Part shown: in pieces, positions 1-11,641 of the stretch
How positions within the stretch are numbered: the stretch's first letter is position 1
Layout: each line of letters begins with the position of its first letter
Source of the DNA: Tubiluchus corallicola
Taxonomy: Eukaryota; Animalia; Priapulida
DNA length: 64,000 bases
Assembly: GCA_030141605.1 (NCBI GenBank)
Contig: JAQGDQ010000761.1
Span: forward strand, 1-64,000
Direction of reading: 5' to 3'
The notes under the pieces: generated by a model
What the model saw: the letters and a program-made list of their open reading frames with translations, nothing else
The model's database searches: none
What the model was told of the DNA's origin: nothing
Position numbers and translations under genes: made by a program

Positions 1-1563
1 GTGATTCATAACTCAAATTACAGAAAACTACAGGTAGACGGCTGGGATTCACCTGTGATTCATAACTCAAATTACAGAAAACTACAGGTAGACGGCTGGG
101 ATTCACCTGTGATTCATAACTCAAATTACAGAAAACTACAGGTAGACGGCTGGGATTCACCCGTGATTCATAACTCAAATTACAGAAAACTACAGGTAGA
201 CGGCTGGGATTCACCTGTGATTCATAACTCAAATTTCAGAAAACTACAGGTAGACGGCTGGGATTCACCCGTGATTCATAACTCAAATTACAGGCTGGGA
301 TTCACCTGTGATTTACAAGTCAAATTACAGAAAACTACAGGTAGACGGCTGGGATTCACCTGTGATTCATAACTTAAATTACAGGCTGGGATTCACCTGT
401 GATTTACAAGTCAAATTACAGAAAACTACAGGTAGACGGCTGGGATTCACCTGTGATTCATAACTTAAATTACAGAAAACTACAGGTAGACGGCTGGGAT
501 TCACCTGTGATTCATAACTCAAATTACAGAAAACTACAGGTAGACGGCTGGGATTCACCTGTGATTCATAACTCAAATTACAGAAAACTACAGGTAGACG
601 GCTGGGATTCACCCGTGATTCATAACTCAAATTACAGGCTGGGATTCACCTGTGATTTACAAGTCAAATTACAGAAAACTACAGGTAGACGGCTGGGATT
701 CACCTGTGATTCATAACTTAAATTACAGAAAACTACAGGTAGACGGCTGGGATTCACCTGTGATTCATAACTTAAATTACAGAAAACTACAGGTAGACGG
801 CTGGGATTCACCTGTGATTTACAAGTCAAATTACAGAAAACTACAGGTAGACGGCTGGGATTCACCTGTGATTCATAACTCAAATTACAGAAAACTACAG
901 GTAGACGGCTGGGATTCACCTGTGATTCATAACTCAAATTACAGGCTGGGATTCACCTGTGATTCATAACTCAAATTACAGAAAACTACAGGTGAGGCTG
1001 GGATTCACCTGTGATTCATAACTTAAATTACAGAAAACTACAGGTAGACGGCTGATTCACTTGATTCATTAAATTACAGCTGGGATTCACCTGTGATTCA
1101 TAACTTAAATTACAGAAAACTACAGGTAGACGGCTGGGATTCACCTGTGATTTACAAGTCAAATTACAGAAAACTACAGGTAGACGGCTGGGATTCACCT
1201 GTGATTCATAACTTAAATTACAGAAAACTACAGGTAGACGGCTGGGATTCACCTGTGATTCATAACTCAAATTACAGAAAACTACAGGTAGACGGCTGGG
1301 ATTCACCTGTGATTCATAACTCAAATTACAGAAAACTACAGGTAGACGGCTGGGATTCACCTGTGATTCATAACTCAAATTTCAGAAAACTACAGGTAGA
1401 CGGCTGGGATTCACCTGTGATTCATAACTTAAATTACAGAAAACTACAGGTAGACGGCTGGGATTCACCTGTGATTCATAACTCAAATTACAGAAAACTA
1501 CAGGTAGACGGCTGGGATTCACCTGTGATTCATAACTCAAATTACAGAAAACTACAGGTAGAT
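1..1563 (-). repeat. 54-bp minisatellite (~30 copies, runs off window start) made of the CLTC acceptor plus the first codons of the next exon
   Basis: Unit gtgattcataactcaaattacagaaaactacaggtagacggctgggattcacct, with 37-bp deletion variants. The minus strand reads ...gaatcacag|GTG AAT CCC AGC CGT CTA CCT GTA GTT = VNPSRLPVV, the clathrin residues that follow YVQK. Confidence 0.95.
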
Positions 1564-2407
1564 TACTAAAATGTTTGTCTTGGGTGACCTTGGGAATTTT
1601 AGCTGTACATACACAGTGCGGTTGCTACAGCAACAGGTTGCAGGCAAAATTGCTCGCTGGTCACCTGATAGTTGACACAAACCGCTAGTAATACAGCAGT
1701 AGCATCAGTAGTCAGTGGGGAAGCAAAAACATGTATAATAATGACACTGTTTACGTTATTAGTGTGTTTTTAGAACAGAATAACCCAATAGGTGCTGTTT
1801 TAATGCATCAAATTATGCAAAAATTTTGCTAATCAAATAAAAATTTGCCTTGAGTAAAGTAATAAAATCGTCGTTACAGCAAAATGTGGCGTACAGTCAT
1901 GAAGTTACATGAAAAAAGGTGTCAAATGATCGGCGTCGTTAAGACGGGTCATTAAGCGGGGAGTCATTAAGTGAGGAATGTATTCTAGTTTGATATTTCT
2001 TTAACCATTTGCAAATGTTTGCTGTTTTTGTCGTTAATCGGGGGTCATTAAGTGAGGAATGTATTCTAGTTGGATATTTCTTTAACCATTTGCAGATGTT
2101 TGCTATTTTTGGGTTAAGTATTCAGATAATTTATTTATTTGCGAAAAATCTGCTAGTACCGCATGAAAAGTACTTCATTCATGTAGAAAACAGCATAAAA
2201 CCTTCAAAATTTACCTAAAAAGCACAAAAATGTGATCATTACAAAGCTTCAGAAACCATCTTCACAGATCCGCTAGCTCTTTTTAACTCCAAATACTCAT
2301 TGTAACAAAATTAACGAATATTCTGTAAAAAGTGAATTTCTCAACGTCCTGCAAGTTAATCAGGATAATGAAACTTGTAACTGCACCATTTGCTATGAAA
2401 AATTTCA

Positions 2408-2635
<228 letters not shown>

Positions 2636-3156
2636 CTAGTGACCATAAAACTGACCGATTTATCGACGGTAAAGATAGCGCATTTTACCATGATAATAAT
2701 AAGTACTGACTGATTCACACATTTATAATAAAAACACACATGGGTTAATAAGTAAATGCATAAAAAAGTAAATATACACACAAGTAAACAAAAACAAAAC
2801 TAGAAAATAAACCAAAAAATAAAATAACAAAAAAAAATACCGCAACTGAAAATACAAAATTGTCGTTCGGGGAAAGACTATGCTTATTAATACATTCCCG
2901 TTTCTGCAACATTAGGGACAAAAATTCAATTATCAAAAACAGCCAATCCGTTTAGAAAGTAAACAACAGTAAGTAAACAACAGAAAGTAAACAACAGTAA
3001 GTAAACAACGGAAAGTAAACAACCGTAAAAAAACGGGTTACAAAGACACTAACATCATCACATTATTATAATTGTAATTAACTTCTTCTGAAAGTAGTTC
3101 ATCAATATGACTAACATCTAATGAACAAGATTAATCAACGACTAACGACGCAGTAC

Positions 3157-3408
3157 CTGAATGTACTTAAAATGAACTTCCGGGTCCTGACTAAAGTTGA
3201 CGATGGAGCCCAGGAAGTAGAATAATCCCTCGTAGCTCTTGAACGACTCGAACAAGTCGATAAGCGACTGCGTCGTCAGCTGTTCGTGGTACTTGCTGGC
3301 TATTTGCACGGAGACTTGAAGATTCTGACGAATGTTCGCTTGCAGCATGGCTTTCAAACTTTCCAACGAATCTTCTACGGAGAGCGAGCCAAAATAATTC
3401 ACTAACCA
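3157..3408 (-). CDS. CLTC: Clathrin heavy chain coding exon 13 ([10 protein letters not shown]...HFKYIQ)
   Basis: 252 nt, ttcag|TGG...CAG|gtac; CHC peptide. Confidence 0.97.
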
Positions 3409-3592
3409 CTGAAGCAAAAGCGCAAAGTAGAGTCAAATTAGCATCAGTTATTACATATAAATTAATTAATTATTATAAATTATCTAAATTCACAACCTGG
3501 CAAATAAGAAGCCATTAAAAAAATCAAATAAATTACCAAAAGTGTCCTGGAGGCACAGAAACCTCATGTCAATGTTCCTACAGCAGAAAGAA

Positions 3593-4085
3593 CAGGGATG
3601 AGAATGACAATTTGCAAAAAACTCTGAAACAGGCCAAGGGTTTTGGGACCACCTAGCCCCCCAATGGGGTTGAAATTGCAATTTTATGACCGTAGAGAGC
3701 CTCTAAGTGGACTTAAAATATCAGTTACCTTGTTTCATGCATAATTTAAAATACCCATCTATCAAGGATACATGATACCTAATTTTCTCAAAAACGTCTA
3801 AGTACTGGCCGCTCCTATGCAAAAGTAAATAAAAACTGTCTGCAATTGACTCAAATAACTCCGCACAATTGATTCTATATTTTTATACATAGAGATCTAC
3901 ACGTGGTTACACTGATGTATGTGATGTAAACAAAGTGACGGCCTGCCAACTAGCGGTCAGCTTGTGAAATAATGTACTGGGTCCGTAAAAATTTTCTCAA
4001 CGAATTTACGCGATTTACAAAAATGGCACTACTGGTCTTCCAAAAACTCGGAATTCTGCGTATCCGCGGAAAATTCCCATCCCTG
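3593..4085. mobile_element. Non-autonomous TIR element (CAGGGATGAGAAT termini, hAT-like)
   Basis: Starts cagggatgagaat and ends attcccatccctg. An inverted near-copy lies at 59347-59759; end fragments at ~14041 and ~27100-27163. No TSD seen for this copy. Confidence 0.75.
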
Positions 4086-4187
4086 CCTCCATCAAAAATA
4101 TAAAAAGACAAAAATACAAACAGAAAGGAAATATAATCCTAATAAAAAACTTTTTAACTATTAACACTAGATGTCAGCAGCAGTTAC

Positions 4188-4352
4188 CTCCGGGTTTAGC
4201 AGATGAGTATGTACAACAGCCCGCTTGATGTCATACAAGTCCGTGTAGTGTTCCAGAGCCCTCTGGAGGAGCCCGGCTTTCTCACATAGTTGAGCAATAT
4301 GGGCGCGATCGTAGTGGGTGAACATTTGATTACCCAGAATGGCATCTGCCAC
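4188..4352 (-). CDS. CLTC: Clathrin heavy chain coding exon 12 ([11 protein letters not shown]...HLLNPE)
   Basis: 165 nt, cag|GTG...GAG|gtaac; CHC peptide. Confidence 0.97.
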
Positions 4353-4398
4353 CTGTCGGCAAGTAAACAAATGAATGAATATCGGAAAATGCAAAAAA

Positions 4399-4860
4399 GT
4401 AAACAAAGTTGCATGATACGGTAAACAAAGTTGCCTGATACGGTAAACGAAGTTGCCTGATACGGTAAACGAAGTTGCCTGATACGGTAAACAAAGTTGC
4501 CTGATACGGTAAACAAAGTTGTCTGATACGGTAAACAAAGTTACATGATACGGTAAACAAAGCTGCGTGATGCGGTAAACAAAGTTACATGATACGGTAA
4601 ACAAAGTTGCCTGATGCGGTAAACAAAGTTGCCTGATGCGGTAAACAAAGTTGCCTGATACGGTAAACAAAGTTGCCTGATACGGTAAACAAAGTTGCCT
4701 GATACGGTAAACAAAGTTGCATGATACGGTAAACAAAGTTGCCTGATACGGTAAACAAAGTTGCCTGATACGGTAAACAAAGTTGATTGCTACGATAAAC
4801 AAAGTTGCATGATACGCTAAACAAAGTTGCCTGATACGGTAAACAAAGTTGCCTGATACG
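4399..4860. repeat. 22-bp minisatellite (~21 copies)
   Basis: Unit gatacggtaaacaaagttgcct; ends ~45 nt from the exon 12 acceptor. Confidence 0.95.
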
Positions 4861-5339
4861 ACGAGTGTGATATTTGCTGATCAACTATGAAAATCCTTGT
4901 ATTTTCACCACATCACACTGGAAGCTAGGAGTAAACGAGTGGTCTTTAACACCAACTCAGTGACCAAGTGACTGAGTTCTCTCTTTTTATCCATCGAAAA
5001 GTTCAATGTGACAAAGAAAACATTTTTTGTTTATCATTGAATGTCTGAGTTTAAGTAGACGACTTAAATTTTTGCTAGACAACTGTAATTTTGCTACACT
5101 GCGTAAGTTATGCTTCTTAATTAACCACCTCACTGCCTGTATGATGAGAATCTCGGATCACGAAAATGTTATTCTGTCTAGCCCGTAGAATGAGGTTGTG
5201 TCATCAGGCTTAATATGCAAATTAACTGACACCTACGCCAGCAACAACGATACGTGCATATGCCAGGTACACTTTATTAATCAGGCTAGTGAAAATGAAC
5301 AGTAGTGCTGTCCTCTGTTGGCCAAAAAGTCAATATATA

Positions 5340-5776
5340 CAGTGTTCCCTCACTTATCGCGGGTGTTCCGTTCCAGGCCCATCCGCGATAAGTGAATTTC
5401 CGCGAAGTAGGGACGCTATACTTATTTGCGGGCGCAAGTACTACATTTCATTTTTGGTGTGTATTCATCCGCCAAATAAATACACTATTTACTGTAAATG
5501 GTATTTTTTTATGATTTATAATATTCTTTTAATGTTAGAATTAGTATTTTTAATATATTTTTCTACATTTTGTGATTTTTTTATGCAAAATTCATGAACT
5601 CAATACATTACTGTACAATACGTACTGCGCATGTGCAAAAATACTTTAGGTGGAGTATCGCAAAAACCCGCGAAACAGCGATAATACCGCGATAAACATT
5701 TTGCATTAATATTTTTGAAAACCCGCGAAACAGCGAGTCCACGATCAGCGAACCGAGAAGTAGCGAGGGAACACTG
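5340..5776. mobile_element. Tc1/mariner-pogo (Tigger-like) MITE
   Basis: TIR CAGTGTTCCCTC(A/G)CT at both ends, flanked by TA (5338-39, 5777-78). Confidence 0.88.
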
Positions 5777-5913
5777 TAGGCCACAAAAGATTTCTGCTAT
5801 TACTGAAAGATTGCCGCCATTACTGAATGTTCATTGGAGCCTATTGTTAACAAGTCAAGCAGCACATGATAAAAATGACTCAAAGGCGAAAAAAGAAGGA
5901 AAAATAAACATAC

Positions 5914-6051
5914 CTGAGGTGCAGAGACTAGATTCATCTCTAGCAGTCGAGTCTGCAGGGGACCCTCGGCTGGTCGGTTGTTCTTCAGTGCATCAAGTAG
6001 GAACGAGGTGCACTGCTGTATGAGATTGAACTCCATAAAAACATCAACTAT
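5914..6051 (-). CDS. CLTC: Clathrin heavy chain coding exon 11 (IVDVFMEFN...NLVSAPQ)
   Basis: 138 nt, ttacag|ATA...CAG|gtatg. Confidence 0.97.
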
Positions 6052-6195
6052 CTGTAACGTAAACAATGAGAGTAATGAATAAATACAGTTTGAATAGAAT
6101 AGTTTGCAAAATAGTTACTCCAACGTGGTTAAATTAGAGTTGTAAAAGACACGTTACACGATTATCAGTACGTTAAAGCAAAACCTTAATGTTTA

Positions 6196-6314
6196 GACTA
6201 CGGCCAAATCACGTTGAAAACACCGGTTCTCGTCTGAGCACCGAAGTTAAGCAACGTAGAGCCTGGTTAGTACTTGGATGGGTGACCGCCTAGGAATACC
6301 AGGTGCTGTAGGCT
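6196..6314 (+). pseudogene. 5S rRNA-derived SINE head (full-length 5S sequence)
   Basis: gactacggccaaatcacgttgaaaacaccggttctcgtc...gaagttaagcaacg...ttagtacttggatgggtgaccgcc...ccaggtgctgtaggct matches animal 5S rRNA including box A and box C. Confidence 0.9.
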
Positions 6315-6750
6315 TGTAGGATGCCCACACTGTATCTCGACACTAGGCGGAGGAGCTGCACAAGCAGCCAACGGCTAGAGGGCGGAGGAGGTCAACTGAC
6401 CCAACGGCCATGTGTAGAGGAATAAACTTTCCAAATCAGGAGTGGAGCCCCGAAGGCGGACCAGTGCAGGATGCTCACTGACTCCGGCAGCTCCTGCAGC
6501 CAACCTGGTGCCAAACGTATCGCTCCACTTTCGTTTGGACTACACCAGGGAGGAAGAGAGGGGGTTCCTGTTGTCTGGGCAACTCAGGATCTCCATACAC
6601 CTTGCCCAGGCGTGCGCCCTGGAGACGTTCAAGGATCGCACTGCTCAGCCGCAGTCGACGCTGCAGCTCCATCAATGTGAACGATAACTGACTCTCTTGG
6701 TGCACACTCCATTGTCTTCCGAGACAGAAGGATGCCAACAACAACAGAAG
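6196..6750 (+). mobile_element. Full-length 5S-rRNA-headed SINE (SINE3 type), copy A
   Basis: A ~119-nt 5S sequence runs directly, with no oligo-T terminator, into a ~430-nt GC-rich body ending GGATGCC(AAC)n. The body recurs at 20366, 22598 and 28191. Confidence 0.88.
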
Positions 6751-6854
6751 AAATTAACTTATGAGCTACGATCACATGGCAAATTAGGCATTAAGGGCAA
6801 ATTAATGAGATAAACAACAACAACAACAACAACAATACAAGTGTTTACACGTAC

Positions 6855-7037
6855 CTGGTTGATATCAGCTAACGGTTCATCGTCCGCTACCAACATCTGT
6901 GCAAACTGCAATCCCTGATCGGGATTAATCCTCATGACGCTCCGCAACAGGAAGATGTAGTCCGGAGTGTAACCGACCTTGTTGGCATACAGAATGATCT
7001 TATTGAACTGGTTCGTCTCCGCAAAGCATTGTATAAC
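6855..7037 (-). CDS. CLTC: Clathrin heavy chain coding exon 10 (VIQCFAET...LADINQ)
   Basis: 183 nt, ttcag|GTT...CAG|gtacg. Confidence 0.97.
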
Positions 7038-7056
7038 CTGAAACAGAGTAATCATG

Positions 7057-7380
7057 TGAGAGAAAATTTAAGAGAAAATATGATCAGAGAATATAATTAA
7101 AGTAAGAATATTAATTAGCTGAATCTAACATAATTATTGTAGAAAAAAAGAAAAAATCTGTGCGTAGATCCCCAGGAATTGAACCAACTGCCTTCACATT
7201 AAGAAGCAATATAGTTCTTAGAGAGTAAATTTAAGAGAAAATATGATCAGAAATATAATCTAAATAAGAAAATTAATTAGATGAATCTAACATAACTATG
7301 TTAGAAAAAAAAGAAAAAAGCTGTGTGCACTATCCCAGGAATTGAACCAACTGCCTTTACATTAAGCAATATAGTTCTTA
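7057..7380. repeat. Tandem duplication of ~163 bp
   Basis: gagag..aatttaagagaaaatatgatcag...gcaatatagttctta occurs twice back to back with scattered differences. Confidence 0.85.
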
Positions 7381-7580
7381 TATATAAAAAATTAATTGTA
7401 AGATTACTCAACTATATCTATAACCTAAAAGATGGCAAATCAGTACATAAAGTACAAGTACTTTAGTTAAAGAATTTTATCACCAATCATTCATTTCGAA
7501 CTAAAATCAACCGGTAAAATCAATCAGGGGATTATTAATCAAACATTAACATAAAGGTAGCAGCTTCTTCCAAAACTTAC

Positions 7581-7673
7581 CTTTGCCGGGACATTAGCTC
7601 TAAGGTAAACGGACAAAGCCAGAGTAGCATCAGTTCCGCGTACAAGGTCACCGAGCTCCTCGCTACACTCCAG
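7581..7673 (-). CDS. CLTC: Clathrin heavy chain coding exon 9 ([11 protein letters not shown]...RANVPAK); not in ORF track
   Basis: 93 nt, tag|CTG GAG TGT...AAG|gtaagt; translated by hand. Confidence 0.96.
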
Positions 7674-8494
7674 CTATTACAAGAACAAAATAATCTCTGA
7701 TAATCGTAACATAGATTAGTTCTTAATAACAAACAGCATTAAAAAAAACCCACAACTAAAAAGCAATGAGGAAGGAATGAAACGGTAACAAATGTTTAAA
7801 ACTGTCACTGTAATTTAACCTTCAGATGAAGAAAAAAGGACAAAACATAAATAAATCAACAGGAACTATTAGAACAACTGAACTATTTTTTGTTATATTA
7901 TTAAGGCATTAGCAAAGGCCCCGCAAAAAATTTTGCATATAAATACACTTATATATAATCAATAATGCGCGAACATCCTACATATTCCTCATTCATAATG
8001 CAAAGCCAGTAGCAGCTTTTACTGAATTCAGTTATAAGGTTATAGACAGAGCATAATGGATGACGTCAGAACAATGGCTTTGCGTCAGCAGTTTTCTAAG
8101 CGAAAATTGCCAAAAATAGAACATCTAATTAACTCGTCTGCACTCCTCTTGGTGGACCTGCCCTAAACTATAGCCCACATCATCGTGTAGCCCTGTTCTC
8201 CCTCTTTCTAAAGAGCTATATATATCCTTTCGAGTCCCACCAGGCGCCGCTAGAACGTTATTAAGGCCTAAAAGGATATCATATTAAGAAGGATAATGTG
8301 CATAGTTAAGTGAAAAAAGGTGTCAGCTGATCAGCAGCGTCTAAACGCAACATCGGGAATCGCTAAACAGTAAGTCTTTAAGCAAAGACTTACTGCACAC
8401 ATATCCAAGTGCCACGCCCGCCAGAGACGCGGCCCTTTTTTAATCATCTTTGTTTTTAGGAACTATCTCTGTCGAATCCCAGCAAGTCACATAC

Positions 8495-8695
8495 CTTATC
8501 TTCCTTCAACCATTTTTCAATCAGCTGTTTCCTGCCCTGCTGCAGGACCGGTCGGCACAGTTCCAGCGACTCGTACTTGTTCAGCTGACCCTGGTCAAGC
8601 AGTATGCCGAAATACTGCAACTGGGGCGAAGTTTGACCGGCTTGCGCTGGACACTGCTGAAACTTCTGGATGGTCTGAGGCGTTCTCAGTATTCC
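8495..8695 (-). CDS. CLTC: Clathrin heavy chain coding exon 8 (GILRTPQTI...KWLKEDK); not in ORF track
   Basis: 201 nt, tttag|GGA ATA CTG...AAG|gtatg; translated by hand. Confidence 0.96.
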
Positions 8696-8882
8696 CTAAA
8701 CAGTATATGAAAGTCGTATATATATATATTTAACGATAACATAATATACGTAATTAGAACATAGTACAACCTCGGTTCACGTGGAACTTGTTTCACGAAC
8801 AAATCGGTTTCCAAACAAATTTTTTTGAACAAATTTTGACTCTGTTTAAGTACGATAATTCGGTATGTGAACGGATGACCAA

Positions 8883-9027
8883 CCCATGCTACCGGCCTCA
8901 ATTCCATGTACCCATGCTACCGGCCTCAATTCCATGTACCCATGCTACCGGCCTCAATTCCATGTACCCATGCTACCGGCCTCAATTCCATGTACCCATG
9001 CTACCGGCCTCAATTCCATGTACCCAC
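8883..9027. repeat. 28-bp tandem repeat (~5 perfect copies)
   Basis: Unit cccatgctaccggcctcaattccatgta. Confidence 0.95.
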
Positions 9028-9714
9028 GCTCACTTGTTCTTAGCCGCATGCAACGTACAATTTGTTTGGTGGGTTGGTGGGTGGCTCTGTTAGAAAACAT
9101 TACTTTTTGCTTTTTTAACCAGTTTTAGTTCTCAATATGGCTCCCATGAAAGAAAAAATATATCAGCTCTAAAAAGTCTAAGCGAATATTAATTATATTA
9201 TATAAAAATATAAATTAAATAAAATTACCATCTTTCTGGGGCTGGAATGGATTAAATGTATTTACGTTAATTTTAAAGAAAAAAAAACTGATTAGGTGGG
9301 AGTCGAACTCGGTCCGTAAACCAAGTGCAGGAACGAATTGTTTTATAGCTTTTAATTACGTCGGCAATAATTAACAATCAATAGCATTGACAATGCATTT
9401 ACAGTGACAAAGAATTATTATAAACAGAAATCTTTTATCAGTAATTAAACTTGTATGTACATATAATATACAACAGGTAATACGACTTCGACTATAAATT
9501 CGTCAACAAGCTTCCAAAAGGGTCTCGCGGAATCTGCTTTGAAAACGTTTGCCGTTAATTCGTGAGTAGCACAGAATAATTGTTACTGAGGAGACAAGAC
9601 CATGACAAATTTTAAAGACAGTATGGTTTAACTATACCGCCAGTTCAGCAACCAACCAAAGAACAAAAAGCTAATTCATTGCATTCCTGTGTCTATTATT
9701 ATGAAAATGAATTA

Positions 9715-10099
9715 CAACCGTTTGTTCCCAATGTATCCTATGGGATACACAACATTCTTTGTCATGTGCAAAAAAACAAAGTCCGACTTTTTTAAAAACA
9801 CAACAAAAGCAAAAAATGTGCTTCATTTTGCAACTGCTGATAATTTTTTAAAGTATTTAAGACATTTAGTATGCATGCTATGCTGATCTGTACAAAGTCG
9901 TCTCTAAAGTACTGTACCTTGCGCAGTTTTTTATGCTATGTAGATTTTCTAGTTTGCCATTTTATCACAAGTTTTAGTCTATTGTTATTGGCTTAAATCA
10001 AAATAACTATTAACAGATCCCAGTTTTATAATTTTATCAGTTTTAAAGGCAGAAAATATTCTCGTATCCCACAGGATACAACTGGTATGAAAGGGTTAA
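9715..10099. mobile_element. Degenerate piggyBac-like MITE
   Basis: The right end gtatcccacaggatacaactggtatgaaaggg-ttaa is the inverted match of the left tgtatcctatgggatac; the left terminus is eroded. Confidence 0.5.
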
Positions 10100-10154
10100 C
10101 TACACAAACGGCACCTTGCGAAATTTTACAAACCGATGATTAATTTCCTCGTAC

Positions 10155-10352
10155 CTTCGGTGCGCTGGCAGCAACTTTGGCAGCCTCGGAATAATTACCC
10201 TGACTGAACAACGTATTAAACTTCCGCACGAACAGCTCCTCCGCGCCGGCTAAGTTATTCCTCACGGCGATGCGGAGGGCCAAGTCCGGATTCTGCAGGA
10301 CGTTGGTGATGTAAGGTATGATGTTGTCCTCCTCCACGCTGACAGACAAAAC
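10155..10352 (-). CDS. CLTC: Clathrin heavy chain coding exon 7 ([10 protein letters not shown]...AASAPK)
   Basis: 198 nt, ttgcag|GTT...AAG|gtacg. Confidence 0.97.
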
Positions 10353-10440
10353 CTGCAAGATATTTAAATAAGGTATTTGAGACTTTGATGATAAATTACC
10401 CTAGACCAGTTATAATATATTAGTTTTATTCCCACACAAA

Positions 10441-10467
10441 CCGTCACATTAGTGTCAGAAGTGGGAT
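10441..10467 (+). mobile_element. LTR-retrotransposon remnant: LTR end plus tRNA-Leu primer-binding site
   Basis: ...gtcaca-t-TAGTGTCAGAAGTGGGAT is a 17/18 match to TGGTGTCAGAAGTGGGAT, the complement of a tRNA-Leu 3' end. Confidence 0.6.
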
Positions 10468-11641
10468 TTATATGTTTATGAAAACCAATGTAAAAATTGC
10501 TCCAGAAAATGCGATACCCACAGAGGCTATGCTAGATGCCAGCACATGTCTTTAGGTTGTACTGAAGTATATCACAAAGCAGCGGCCGACCAGCAAGTGG
10601 CACCTGGCAATTGTTAGTATATGTAGTTTGTACTAGAGAGAAAAGAATTATGTAATAAACGTGAAAAAGGAAGTTAGGTAGGTCAGTAAGAACAGGATGG
10701 CGCTAAAAAACAGTTTGGAGAAAGAAGGTCATGGGAGTAGGTTTACATATTATAGTTTTAGTTTTTTGAGAGGTGATTATATTCTCATTTTTGTAGGAGT
10801 TTAATTATAATCATATATTAGTTTGTATTAATAGAGAGAAATTTTGTATGCGTATAATTATAATATTTTTCAAGGAAAATGTTATGAAAGGAATAAGGAA
10901 GACAAAAAACAAATACAAATACAGGTTTTTGGAGTCCTCAGGAGGAACTTGAACTTAAGAAGCTGTCAAAGAGGCAGTTATATGTGGTTCCGTACGCAAA
11001 TGTAAATAACATACCAAACCACACTGAACACAAAGCCGTTGCAACCCTGTTTTCATTAATTAATTAACACTTAGGAGGCACAAAAGCTACACATTAAAAA
11101 GAACATGGATTTCCCTAACGAATATGCCAAAAATGCCCATTTTTCAAGTCTTTGTATATTTGTTTGGAAATGAGCTAAATATATAAACTTTACACCAATT
11201 TGTAGATCAATTCAAGCCATACAAATGCCACTATAGTTTTGTTTATAATGGTAATTGCTATCTGTTTACAGTAGTTTATATTGTATGCAAAAATTCAAAT
11301 TTGCGAAAACTGGTCCATACTTATTAGTTAATAAATTGTAAAGACCTCACATAGCTTTGAATTTTAGATAATTTCTCTATTGTTTTGAAACAACTAACAC
11401 AGTACCGAATTGCAAAAAGAAATAAAAAAGGAGGTATGCACTACACGGAATTTGGCTACCCAGTTATCATTTTTCCTTAGTAAACGAAAAATGACTTTTT
11501 CAGGCAAAAATCTTCCACTACACTCTCCACTAGTATTCTTGCAACATGGGAAATGCTTTCCCTTTATTCATTCGTTCAGCTATTAGAAAACTTCTGCAAT
11601 TTGATTTTTCAACTTACATAAGCTGCCTAAAATGATATATA

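Noticed and set aside
1-1569. Plus-strand repetitive ORFs (IHNSNYRKLQVDGWDSPV)n as a protein gene
   Set aside because: They result from a 54-bp period on the antisense strand of the clathrin junction and are broken by 37-bp units.
6196-6314. Functional 5S rRNA gene
   Set aside because: No oligo-T terminator, several substitutions, and fusion to a repeated body also seen in copy D.
6442-6744. Recurrent ORFs (MEPRRRTS..., MLTDSGSS...) as a small multi-copy protein family
   Set aside because: They are open frames in the GC-rich SINE body, open on both strands, and frameshifted in copy D.
7165-7200. tRNA gene suggested by a B-box-like GGTTCAATTCC on the minus strand
   Set aside because: No cloverleaf can be formed; at most a decayed tRNA-derived fragment within a local duplication.
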